Positions 6,581-14,973 of a stretch of DNA of 33,718 bases are shown here, one piece after another; positions within the stretch are counted from its first letter, which is position 1, and every line of letters starts with the position of its first letter. Made by a program: the position numbers and the translations under genes. Source of the stretch: a virus (taxonomy: Duplodnaviria > Caudoviricetes); IMG/VR virus record IMGVR_UViG_3300030372_003136, positions 1-33,718 of that record; one strand, written 5' to 3'. The notes beneath the pieces are model-generated. The model searched no databases, had not been told where the DNA came from, and saw only the letters and a program-made list of their open reading frames with translations.

Positions 6581-6958
6581 ATGGCACTAAATGAGCAGAA
6601 AGCACAAGCAATCCGGCTACTTTCCAGTGGTCTGAGCATTCCCGAGGCAGCCAAGCGTGTAGGCGTAGGACGCGAGACAGTATGGCGGTGGACCAAGGAG
6701 CAGGAGTTTTCGGCTGAACTGACCCTCTACAAGAGCCAGGTGGCTGTTGGGGCTCAGGTAGCGTTGAACCACGCGGTCTACGAGGCTGTGGAGGCCCTTA
6801 GAGACGTAATGAAGGATGATGAGGCTACCCACCGCAACAAGATTGACGCTGCCAAGGTTATTCTGGAGCGTTCCAAGATTGAGCTGCAGAACACGAAGGT
6901 GAAGGTCAAGGGCAACTCTGAGGACTTAAAGGCGTGGCTTGAGGCTGGCAATGAGTGA
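6581..6958 (+). CDS. terS: Terminase small subunit (N-terminal HTH)
   Basis: SIPEAAKRVGVGRETVWRW HTH plus helical AVEALRDVM...KIDAAKVILER; directly upstream of and overlapping terL. Confidence 0.8.
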   Translation: MALNEQKAQAIRLLSSGLSIPEAAKRVGVGRETVWRWTKEQEFSAELTLYKSQVAVGAQVALNHAVYEAVEALRDVMKDDEATHRNKIDAAKVILERSKIELQNTKVKVKGNSEDLKAWLEAGNE

Positions 6959-8498
6959 GGATCTTCCCTTAGAGATTCGCGCCATGATTGGCGAGCCTGA
7001 CAAGTTCATTCGTCGATTAACCATCATGCACAAGCAAAGGCAAAGGTTGAACTCCTTTGAGGTAAGTGCCCCCCAGCAGCATCTGTTGGATGTCTTGAAG
7101 GACCACAACCGTGTGATTGTTCTTAAGGCTCGTCAGCTTGGAGTCAGCACTCTGACCCGTGCGTGGCACTTTTGGAATGCGTACATTTCTACTGAGCCTA
7201 CGCAGTATGCTGTGATTTCGCACACACGGGATTCTGCGGAGGAGCTTCACAGAATGGAGCGTGTCTTCTACGACAATCTTCCTAAGGCACTGAAGCGGCC
7301 ACTAGAGAGAGCCAGTGCAAAGACGTTGAAGTTCAAGGACTCTGGGTCAGCGGTCAGGACATACACTGCTGGTGGTAAGGGAGGAACCCGTTCCTTTGCA
7401 ATGAATGCCGTTCACTTATCGGAGTTTGCTTTCTACGAAAACCAAGAAGAGGTGATGGCTACGGTTTTGGCTGCTGTCGGTGACGGGCAGATTATCATCG
7501 AGTCTACGCCAAATGTTCATGGCGATATGTTCCATGAGTTGGTGAAAGGTGCTGCTAAGGGAGAAAACGGATGGAAGCTTGTGTTCTTTCCTTGGTTTAT
7601 CCATCAGCCTTACCAAGCAGAAGTAGCAGATTGGTATGTCCCTTCTGTTCGAGAGCAAGAGATTCAGGAAGAGTTTGACCTGACCTCTGAGCAGTTGTTT
7701 TGGCGTAAGAAGCAATTGAAGACGCTTGGTCAAGACAAGTTTATTCGAGAGTATCCCTCAACAGTTGAGGAGGCATTTCGCGCCACGGGTGTGCAGTTCT
7801 TTCATCCTGAGCACTTGGCTAAGATTCAGCCGATGGACATGGGGAGCCACGAACACAGGCAGTACACTCCTCCTGTAGAGGGTGAGGCGTATGTGATTGG
7901 TGTAGATGTTGGTAGTGGTCTTGGCAAGAAGACGGACTTCTCAGCGGTCACTGTAGTGGCTGTATCGACTCGTCAGCCGGTCTATCACTACATCACGAAT
8001 CAGGTGTCCCCCTCTGCGCTAGCGGAAAAGATTGTGGATATCTGGGAGAGATACAACTGTGGTCGCGTCATTGTAGAAAGCAATGGGAGTGGTAGCTGGG
8101 TCATCCACCGCCTCAAGGAGCTCAAGGTAAGGACTCTCTACAAGGACAAGAACGGGAAACCGTTTAGAACTACGGTGAGCACTCGCCCTATTATGTTCAA
8201 TGCCTTGAAGGACATGATTGAGACAGACATGATTTCGCACCTCGACAAGCATGTGTTGGAGGAGTTGAAGAACATTGTCTACATCAAGAACAAGCCCCAA
8301 GCAGCAAAAGGCAAACATGATGACGTGACGATTTCCATGGCACTGTGCTATTACTTGCTGGAGAGCATGCCTTTGGCAGTTTCGCATTCGGTGAAACGAG
8401 CCATGATGGAGAAACACATTGCCGATATGCGGGGCAGAAAAATGAAACGCACGATCCCATGGAATGTCCGTGGTGGCAATAATACGGGTGGTTACTGA
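6951..8498 (+). CDS. terL: Terminase large subunit
   Basis: Walker A LKARQLGVST, Walker B VHLSEFAF, IIESTPN coupling motif, RNase H-like IGVDVGSG..DFSA, ESNG, HDDVTIS. Confidence 0.95.
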   Translation: MSEDLPLEIRAMIGEPDKFIRRLTIMHKQRQRLNSFEVSAPQQHLLDVLKDHNRVIVLKARQLGVSTLTRAWHFWNAYISTEPTQYAVISHTRDSAEELHRMERVFYDNLPKALKRPLERASAKTLKFKDSGSAVRTYTAGGKGGTRSFAMNAVHLSEFAFYENQEEVMATVLAAVGDGQIIIESTPNVHGDMFHELVKGAAKGENGWKLVFFPWFIHQPYQAEVADWYVPSVREQEIQEEFDLTSEQLFWRKKQLKTLGQDKFIREYPSTVEEAFRATGVQFFHPEHLAKIQPMDMGSHEHRQYTPPVEGEAYVIGVDVGSGLGKKTDFSAVTVVAVSTRQPVYHYITNQVSPSALAEKIVDIWERYNCGRVIVESNGSGSWVIHRLKELKVRTLYKDKNGKPFRTTVSTRPIMFNALKDMIETDMISHLDKHVLEELKNIVYIKNKPQAAKGKHDDVTISMALCYYLLESMPLAVSHSVKRAMMEKHIADMRGRKMKRTIPWNVRGGNNTGGY

Positions 8499-9346
8499 TG
8501 GCTGAAAAACCTTCTGAAGAAGAAATTGACGACGATACCCTCTTAAAGCTTTTGATGCAGCGAATGACAACGCTTCCTGCTCAAACGCAAACTCAAAGTC
8601 GTAGTGCTCCAAGAGTTCAGACATCGACACCGGCTAATGGAAACGTCACTCGAAGTGATTTAACTCCTGAGTTTAATGAGGAACTAAGGAAAGCTTACAA
8701 AGAAGGCCCTCAATCTCGTGGTGAAAGATATTTTGACCAGCGCCGTGGATCTCCTGATTTTGAGAGACTTCGTCAGTTCACCGAGGATGCTCCAAGGCGA
8801 GTCAAGAAAATTGATTTTGATGCTCCAGAGCACGAGTCTAGGCGCTTGCATCGTGAAATGCGTGCTCGTACCAAGGGCGCTCAACATGCAGAATATCAAG
8901 ATTTGATGCGCCACATGGAAACTGAGTACCGTGGTTTTCGCGCAGGCGGAGGCCAAATGTCTACGTTTGAACGCGCTGGTAGGGCTGCTGGTAGGGCGGC
9001 AGAAACAGGTGTTCGTCGTCTTGGCCCTGTTGGTGCCCTTTATGGTGCCTACAAAGCAGGAGAAGCACTTGGTAATCTGTCCCCTGCGGCACGCAGAGCA
9101 AGGGAACGTGAGGCTCGAACGGAAGAATACGAGGCTCGCCAAGCATTTGTTAAAGACGTTTACCCAAATAGAAGCGAAGACTTTTATAGAAGCATGGCAA
9201 AAGGAATGATGAACGAAGATTCGTCGCCTCCTGAAGGAAGAACAATGGAGGAGATTTTAGAAATCATGCAGCTTCAGCGTCAGATTGACGAAATCAAAGA
9301 CGGAACAGCCCGAGAGTTGGTTCGCGAAACTAGGAGAGGGCGATGA
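8498..9346 (+). CDS. Hypothetical protein between terL and portal (charged, with a Gly/Ala-rich segment; possible internal virion protein)
   Basis: TGATG and ATGA coupling on both sides; segment GRAAGRAAETGVRRLGPVGALYGAYKAGEALG. Confidence 0.65.
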   Translation: MAEKPSEEEIDDDTLLKLLMQRMTTLPAQTQTQSRSAPRVQTSTPANGNVTRSDLTPEFNEELRKAYKEGPQSRGERYFDQRRGSPDFERLRQFTEDAPRRVKKIDFDAPEHESRRLHREMRARTKGAQHAEYQDLMRHMETEYRGFRAGGGQMSTFERAGRAAGRAAETGVRRLGPVGALYGAYKAGEALGNLSPAARRAREREARTEEYEARQAFVKDVYPNRSEDFYRSMAKGMMNEDSSPPEGRTMEEILEIMQLQRQIDEIKDGTARELVRETRRGR

Positions 9347-11007
9347 GCCTAAAGCCTGAAGATGTACGAGCGATTCTTGATGAGCACGAGGTCTACTGGG
9401 GTGACCGTCGCAACGAGTTGATGCGCTACAAGTCTGTCTATGAAATGGACTTCTGGGAGAATGAGGGAGAAGACCAAGAGAGTCAAATTCGCATTCAGAC
9501 CAATGACGGCTACGGGTACATCGAGTCCTTTCAGGCCTCTTTGTTTGCCAAGAATCCTGCGGTGGTTCTCAAGATGGGTGTCCGTGGAAAGGGCGACATT
9601 GAGAAAGCACAGGCGATTATCAACCATTTCCTCGTCAAAAGCCGCAATGAGATTGAGAATGCCTCAAGAATGGCGTTGATTTACCCCAATGCTTTCCTAA
9701 AGATGACGGTCACAGAGCGTGAAAGCGTCTATGAGCGCGTTCTTCCTGTTGGCGTGCCCCCCTGGCAGGTCATTGTGGACCGAGATTCGGCTCGTTGGGA
9801 CACTCAACGCTTTGTTGGACACGTCTACTGGATGACTGTGCCCGAAGCAAAGAAGAGATTTGGTGGAAAGTTCGATGACATTGCGTCTGAGATGACCCAT
9901 TTCTTTGATGACCTGCTTCCTGAGGAGGATACGCCTGGGGATCACCAGAATCCGCACATCCCTCCCACCGCACCAATGTTCAAGTACATTAAGGTTGTTG
10001 AGCTCTACGACATGATGAACGATAAGATGTACTGGTTTTGCCCAGAACGCGGCGACAAGTTCTTGGATACGGCCAAGTTTATCCCATTCCGTGACTCGAA
10101 CGACGATCCAATCGTTCCGATTGTGCCGTTGTACTACAACCGCATCCCAGACCGTCCCATGGTGGGGTACTCGTCTATCAAGCGGGTCTATGACCAGCTC
10201 TATGAGATGAACATCATCCGTTCTTTCCAAGCAAATGCGGTGAGAAAGGCCAGTAGACAGTGGTTGGTGAAGAAAGGAGCCATGTCAGACGACGAAATGG
10301 CCCAGGTTACTAGCGGAATCGACGGTCTTTTTGTAGAGGTAGAGACAGATGACCCGTTGGACACCGTTATCCGCCCCGTTCCGCACCAGAATCTGCCTGC
10401 CGAAGTCTCTCGCTACATGCAAGATGTCATTCGAGACAAGGATGCGGGCTCTGTCACCGCAGCATTTACTCGTGGAGAGGCTACAAAGGCGACTGCAACA
10501 GAGATTGCAGCACTGGCAGCGTACACAACGAGTGAGATTGGCCGAATGGCTCGTGAGAGAGACGCCGCAATAGAGCAAATGGCTAACATTTACTCCTCTA
10601 TGGTGTCCCTATTCCTCGAAGAAGAGAAGGTTGCGGAGATTGTGATGCTCGATGGCAAGGCAACTACCGTAAATCCCGACGATTTGAACGGTGACTTCGA
10701 GGTATTTGCTGCAGACCAGGCCTCTACACCCATCTCTGAGGCTATTCGCAACCAACGATTGCTGCAAAACGTGCAGATTCTGCAGGGATTGGGCGTACCC
10801 AACACCGCATTGCTCAAAGAAATCGTGCGTTCACTGCAATTGCCCGAGGATTTCCTCGAACAAGAGATGGTTCAGCAGGAAGGCGTGGGTATTCCGGGTG
10901 GCGTGGCCCCTGATGGTCCACCGACAGCGCAAGACCTTGTCAACAACCCCACTCCAGGGAACGTCAGCGATATGTTGCTCGGCGGTGGCGTAGGATTTAC
11001 CCAATAA
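9343..11007 (+). CDS. Portal protein (podovirus/P22-like)
   Basis: 554 aa following terL; ASLFAKNP, PWQVIVD, TRGEATKATATEI and a Pro/Gly/Gln-rich C-terminal tail typical of podovirus portals. Confidence 0.85.
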   Translation: MSLKPEDVRAILDEHEVYWGDRRNELMRYKSVYEMDFWENEGEDQESQIRIQTNDGYGYIESFQASLFAKNPAVVLKMGVRGKGDIEKAQAIINHFLVKSRNEIENASRMALIYPNAFLKMTVTERESVYERVLPVGVPPWQVIVDRDSARWDTQRFVGHVYWMTVPEAKKRFGGKFDDIASEMTHFFDDLLPEEDTPGDHQNPHIPPTAPMFKYIKVVELYDMMNDKMYWFCPERGDKFLDTAKFIPFRDSNDDPIVPIVPLYYNRIPDRPMVGYSSIKRVYDQLYEMNIIRSFQANAVRKASRQWLVKKGAMSDDEMAQVTSGIDGLFVEVETDDPLDTVIRPVPHQNLPAEVSRYMQDVIRDKDAGSVTAAFTRGEATKATATEIAALAAYTTSEIGRMARERDAAIEQMANIYSSMVSLFLEEEKVAEIVMLDGKATTVNPDDLNGDFEVFAADQASTPISEAIRNQRLLQNVQILQGLGVPNTALLKEIVRSLQLPEDFLEQEMVQQEGVGIPGGVAPDGPPTAQDLVNNPTPGNVSDMLLGGGVGFTQ

Positions 11008-11249
11008 TGCCAACTAAAAGAGGACCAGCAAAGGGAAAAGCCCGAGTAAAGCGCACCGCTTCTGGTAAGAAGGTGTCGTATGGCCAGAAGGGAGCTAAGG
11101 TTAAGCCTGGTACTAAGAAGGGAAACTCCTATTGCGCTCGATCTGCTGGTCAGATGAAGAGTCACCCCAAAGCAGCCAAAGACCCTAACAGCCCACTGCG
11201 CTTGAGTCGGAAACGATGGAAGTGCAAGGGTACAAAGAGTACGAAATAA
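11007..11249 (+). CDS. Small Lys/Arg-rich phage protein (SYCARS...DPNS.....RKRWKC family, DUF6321-like)
   Basis: KKVSYGQKG...SYCARSAG...KDPNSPLRLSRKRWKC pattern recurrent in aquatic phages; TAATG coupling. Confidence 0.75.
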   Translation: MPTKRGPAKGKARVKRTASGKKVSYGQKGAKVKPGTKKGNSYCARSAGQMKSHPKAAKDPNSPLRLSRKRWKCKGTKSTK

Positions 11250-11389
11250 TGCCGAAAGGACTATACGCAAACATTAACAAGCGAAAAAAGGCAGGCACAA
11301 GCAGGTCTAAATCTAAGTCTACAATTAAACAAAAGACCTACAGTCAAATGAAGAAAAAGACTGGTGCGTTTAAAAAGAAGAAGAAGTAA
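11249..11389 (+). CDS. Very basic 46-aa peptide (GLYANI family)
   Basis: Manual translation MPKGLYANINKRKKAGTSRSKSKSTIKQKTYSQMKKKTGAFKKKKK*; TAATG overlaps at both ends. Confidence 0.8.
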   Translation: MPKGLYANINKRKKAGTSRSKSKSTIKQKTYSQMKKKTGAFKKKKK

Positions 11390-11859
11390 TGCCACTGTTT
11401 GACTACTTCTGTGGAGAGCATGTGCATGAAGCGCTCTTCCTTCCTAAGGAGGAGGTGCCCGATTCCATTGATTGTCCACAATGCGGCAAGATTGCCCTCA
11501 AACAACTCTCGATGCCAGCCAATACGCCGGGTCGGTGGGGTGATCAGACGGGCAAATACGGCGTTGACGGTTTCTTCGATCGTGGTCTTGGTGCTCGCTA
11601 CCAGACCTCGATGCAACGCGAAGCCATCATGGAAAAGAAAGGCCTTGTATCGGCTGGGGACTTTGACAAACACCATGTCGATGACACGCTGCAGAAGCAA
11701 TTTGCCTATGAGAAGCAAGCAGACGCTAACCTTGCTAGATACAAGTCGAACCTAAAGAAGTTTGAGGGTGATAAGAGCCGTGCTGTTGCGGAAACCTTCA
11801 CCATTTCCGAAATGAAAAAACAAGGTACTCTTGCCAAAGATGCCGCTAAGGAGGCCTAA
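11389..11859 (+). CDS. FmdB-like zinc-ribbon protein
   Basis: MPLFDYFCGEH...CPQCG N-terminal zinc ribbon. Confidence 0.75.
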   Translation: MPLFDYFCGEHVHEALFLPKEEVPDSIDCPQCGKIALKQLSMPANTPGRWGDQTGKYGVDGFFDRGLGARYQTSMQREAIMEKKGLVSAGDFDKHHVDDTLQKQFAYEKQADANLARYKSNLKKFEGDKSRAVAETFTISEMKKQGTLAKDAAKEA

Positions 11860-12360
11860 ATGGCTGAGAAAATGCTTGAAGAAGAAGAGATGCTGCTTGA
11901 TCGAGCCATGGCCCTTGAAGGCATTGAAGACGAGGCTGCCGCTGGTCTTGTTGGAGACGTAGAGTTTGAAGTGAACGAGCTAAACCAACTCGTGGATGCA
12001 CTAAACCTGTTGCTTCCATCCTTTAAAATGCCTGATTACCCTGAGTTTACCGAAGACCTTGATGGTCCTTTGCCTGCAGAGTTTGTTCGCCAGCTTCAAA
12101 TGGTAGCCGACGCAGCAGCAGATGCCGGAATGGAGCGCTTGTCGTTTGATGTTGCTGATATTCAAGAGTCAGAAGACCTTCAAGACGTAGCAGGAAAACT
12201 GGACGTTCTATCTAAAAACGAAGCATTCATTACCTTTCTTCGCTCTGAGCGAAAGGAAGCAGAAGAAGAGGTAGAGTCTCCCGTTGAAGCCGAGGCCGAG
12301 GTGGTTGAGGAAGCTGTACCCGAAGAAGACCTTGAAATGATGATGGCTCAGAGAGCCTAA
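11860..12360 (+). CDS. Highly acidic hypothetical protein (head-assembly region)
   Basis: GGAGG RBS; Asp/Glu-rich throughout. Confidence 0.75.
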   Translation: MAEKMLEEEEMLLDRAMALEGIEDEAAAGLVGDVEFEVNELNQLVDALNLLLPSFKMPDYPEFTEDLDGPLPAEFVRQLQMVADAAADAGMERLSFDVADIQESEDLQDVAGKLDVLSKNEAFITFLRSERKEAEEEVESPVEAEAEVVEEAVPEEDLEMMMAQRA

Positions 12361-12370
12361 AGGAAACAAC

Positions 12371-13210
12371 ATGGAAGGAACAGAGGCTCAAGCCGCCCCG
12401 GTTCAGGACTCAGCACCCGCTGAACAACCTGAAGGACAAGCACCCGAGTCTGTTGAAGCACAAGCACCAGCAGAAGCAGCACCCGAAGCGTCGATTGAAG
12501 ACCTGGCATTAGCCGAGTTGGATGCCGATATTTTCAATGCAAAGAACCCGCACAAGGGAATCAACTACAAGCAAGTAGTCTCTGAGCTCCCCGAGGATGC
12601 TCAAAAGCTTGTTGCTAATTTGCGTGCTGACTATCAACGAAAAACGTCGAACCTTTCCGAACAACGCAAAGCCATTGAGGCTACTCGCGCTGACTTAGAA
12701 GCTCAACGCAAAGCTTTGTTGGATTCTGATTTCTTCCAAGACATTACGGCTACTGCCGACAAAGAGTTGGGAGAGTTCAACCCTTACGATGACAAGTCTT
12801 TTGAAGAGCGAATCCAGAAAGAGGTTGCCCAACGAATGAAGTCAATGCTGGAGCCAATGCGCCAACAGCAAGAGCTTCACAACCAACAGATTCGTTTGCA
12901 GCAGTTTAAGTCTGAGCATCCTGACTTAGACGAAATTAAAACAGACGTTGCCAAGGTGCTTATGGATAACAAGCACATGAACCTCGAACAGGCCTATTGG
13001 CAGGTCAAAGGTCGCAGGCTTTCTGATAAGATGAAGAATCAAGAAGCCGAGCTGTCTTCGTACAAGAAGGTGGCCCGTGAGGCTGGTCTTAAGGTTGGTG
13101 GTGCTTCACGAGGTCGCACCAACGGCATTCCAAAGCATGTCATGGACCAGGATGATCCTGCCGCTATTTACAACTGGCTCAAGGAAAACAAAGGCAAAGT
13201 CAAAATTTGA
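12371..13210 (+). CDS. Capsid scaffolding protein
   Basis: Acidic A/P/E-rich N-terminus, LRADYQRKT coiled coil, position immediately before the major capsid gene. Confidence 0.8.
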   Translation: MEGTEAQAAPVQDSAPAEQPEGQAPESVEAQAPAEAAPEASIEDLALAELDADIFNAKNPHKGINYKQVVSELPEDAQKLVANLRADYQRKTSNLSEQRKAIEATRADLEAQRKALLDSDFFQDITATADKELGEFNPYDDKSFEERIQKEVAQRMKSMLEPMRQQQELHNQQIRLQQFKSEHPDLDEIKTDVAKVLMDNKHMNLEQAYWQVKGRRLSDKMKNQEAELSSYKKVAREAGLKVGGASRGRTNGIPKHVMDQDDPAAIYNWLKENKGKVKI

Positions 13211-13213
13211 TAT

Positions 13214-13242
13214 TTGCCCTGCCCCGTCTTCTTTGCTATTGT
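13214..13242 (+). promoter_or_regulatory. Promoter for the capsid transcript
   Basis: TTGCCC(13214-13219)-N17-TATTGT(13237-13242) with extended -10 TG. Confidence 0.55.
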
Positions 13243-13258
13243 TTGCTCTGAAGACGGG

Positions 13259-13315
13259 AGCCCCTTGACAGGACAAGCAAAGTCTTCCGGCCCCACTGGG
13301 ACAACCGAAAGTCTT
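13259..13315 (+). promoter_or_regulatory. Tandem structured RNA hairpins in the major-capsid 5' UTR
   Basis: GC-CC-CCT-TGAC-AGG-ACAA-GC-AAAGTCTT and CGG-CC-CC-ACTG-GG-ACAA-CCG-AAAGTCTT. Confidence 0.55.
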
Positions 13316-13364
13316 TTCTATCTTTTATTCTATGGGCATTTGTGCCCTTTAGGACTTGTCTGTC

Positions 13365-14423
13365 ATGGCTATTCAGAACGATATTCTGAGTTCAACCGCC
13401 CGTGCGCGGTCGAAAAAGGCGCTTGACAACCTCTTTGAGACCGTACCCCTGCTGGATCACATCCAGAAAGCAGGTGGTGTCGAGATCATCAATGGTGGTC
13501 AACGCATTACACGCGCTGCGATTCTCGCAGAGCACTCTAACATTACACAGCTTGCTACTGGTTATGAAGCTGTCTCCTCCTCGGTGGCTGACGTTCTTCG
13601 TTCTCCTGAGTTCGAGTGGTGCGACTTTGTTGCTCCTATCGTTATCACGAAGAAAGAAGAGCTCTCCAACAAGGGTGAGCGTGCTGTTATCTCCATCGCT
13701 GATGCCCGCATGAAGAGCGTTCTCGGAATGCTCAAGCGTGAGTGGGAACTTCAAGCCGTCCGTGGAAACTCTGCTGTTCTTACCGAAATGCAGAGCCTTA
13801 ACGGTGTCAATGGTACTGGTGCTCCTGGCGGCGGTAACAACATTGGTTGGTTGGAAGAAACTGCATTTGGCGCACAAGGAAACATCGTTGGTGGCCTTTC
13901 CAAAGCAACGTATGCTGCGTCCAACTGGAACAACCAAAGCTTTGATGTTCAGGCTGGCGGTGGTGCTGGTACTGGCTTTGCGGCTCTTGGCCTTCAAGGA
14001 ATGACTGAGCTGATGATTCAGACTCAGATTTACGCTCCTGAAGGAACCGTTGATTTGATTCTGGCAAGCCCCGCTTCTTATCGTCTGTATAAGAGTGTTC
14101 TGCAGGGTCAAGAGCGGTACATGCCTAAAGAGACTGTGCTTGATGGTGGACGCCTCGCGTTGGCCTTCAACGGCGCTCTTATGTATGTGGAGAACAACCT
14201 CGGCTTTGCATCTTCTGGTGCAGGCGGTGCTGATACTCCTTCCATGTACTTCCTTAACAGCAAAAGCATGAAGGTTGTCTTCGATTCTGAGGCCAACTTC
14301 TCCATGAGCGACTTTGAGCACAAGAGTGGCTACGCTGCTCGCGAAGCACAGATGTTCGTTCGTACTCAGCTTGTTGCTGACCACCTGGCGTCCCTCGGAC
14401 TCCTTGTCAACGCGGAGGCTTAG
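13365..14423 (+). CDS. Major capsid protein (HK97 fold presumed)
   Basis: 352 aa after the scaffold gene; N-terminal ILSSTARARSKKALDNLF..PLL, GG.RI and LAFNGA...MYFLNS patterns typical of podovirus coat proteins; strongly biased codon use. Confidence 0.88.
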   Translation: MAIQNDILSSTARARSKKALDNLFETVPLLDHIQKAGGVEIINGGQRITRAAILAEHSNITQLATGYEAVSSSVADVLRSPEFEWCDFVAPIVITKKEELSNKGERAVISIADARMKSVLGMLKREWELQAVRGNSAVLTEMQSLNGVNGTGAPGGGNNIGWLEETAFGAQGNIVGGLSKATYAASNWNNQSFDVQAGGGAGTGFAALGLQGMTELMIQTQIYAPEGTVDLILASPASYRLYKSVLQGQERYMPKETVLDGGRLALAFNGALMYVENNLGFASSGAGGADTPSMYFLNSKSMKVVFDSEANFSMSDFEHKSGYAAREAQMFVRTQLVADHLASLGLLVNAEA

Positions 14424-14426
14424 ACA

Positions 14427-14903
14427 ATGTCATTCGGTCATTTGAATCATGGTAAATCGCCTCTTGAGGTGCCTGGAGTAACTGGACTGCATTCGGACAT
14501 TGTTTCGTTTGTTTGTACTGATGCTATTGCTGCTGGTGAGTGGGTTGATTTAGACTCAACGCCAACGCTAGGTGCAGCCCGTGCAACAACAGTTGTGCAG
14601 GGTAATGGCACAGGCCTTTGCATCGGTGTTGCAGTTGAAACGATTACTGCGGCACAGATTACTGCTGCCGCTGCTGACGGAGTTGATCTTCGGATTCGCG
14701 TCTGCGTTTCAGGCTACGTTGATGCTGCTCGCACAGACGGCACTGTTGCCGCTGCTGGGGATACTCTTATTCCCGCTGCTGGTGGAGAGTGTACACGAGG
14801 TGCTGCAACCAACGTGCTTACTGCCGTTGGGTTTGCCCTTGCTGTTGACACTGGTGGAGCAGGCGCTGAAGTCGCTCCTGTTTACGTCATCCGTAAGTAC
14901 TAA
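14427..14903 (+). CDS. Capsid cement/decoration protein
   Basis: Small Ala/Gly/Thr/Val-rich beta protein right after the capsid gene (IAAGEWV, IGVAVETI, VCVSG, AVGFAL); GGAGG RBS. Confidence 0.7.
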   Translation: MSFGHLNHGKSPLEVPGVTGLHSDIVSFVCTDAIAAGEWVDLDSTPTLGAARATTVVQGNGTGLCIGVAVETITAAQITAAAADGVDLRIRVCVSGYVDAARTDGTVAAAGDTLIPAAGGECTRGAATNVLTAVGFALAVDTGGAGAEVAPVYVIRKY

Positions 14904-14927
14904 AACGCAGCCCGCGTGCTAATCTTG

Positions 14928-14960
14928 GGGCGGGCATCCATTCGGGTGCTCGCCCTATTT
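14928..14960 (+). terminator. Intrinsic terminator/attenuator after the capsid genes
   Basis: GGGCGGGCATCC-ATTC-GGGTGCTCGCCC stem (two G-U pairs) followed by TATTT. Confidence 0.7.
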
Positions 14961-14973
14961 GCATGGAGTTCTG

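Noticed and set aside
12385-12490. Repeated GCACC(C/A)G in the scaffold 5' region
   Set aside because: Explained by low-complexity Ala-Pro-Glu coding.
13392-14384. 330-aa antisense ORF over the capsid gene (similarly 3418..4041, 8019..8630, 22116..22865)
   Set aside because: These are shadows of biased sense-strand codon usage, with no motifs, RBS or operon context, unlike the MTase overlap.
14421-14429. Capsid TAG-ACA-ATG is in frame with the cement gene, suggesting read-through fusion
   Set aside because: The cement gene has its own GGAGG RBS 8 nt upstream, in-frame spacing has a one-in-three chance, and no suppressor tRNA or other sign of recoding is seen.
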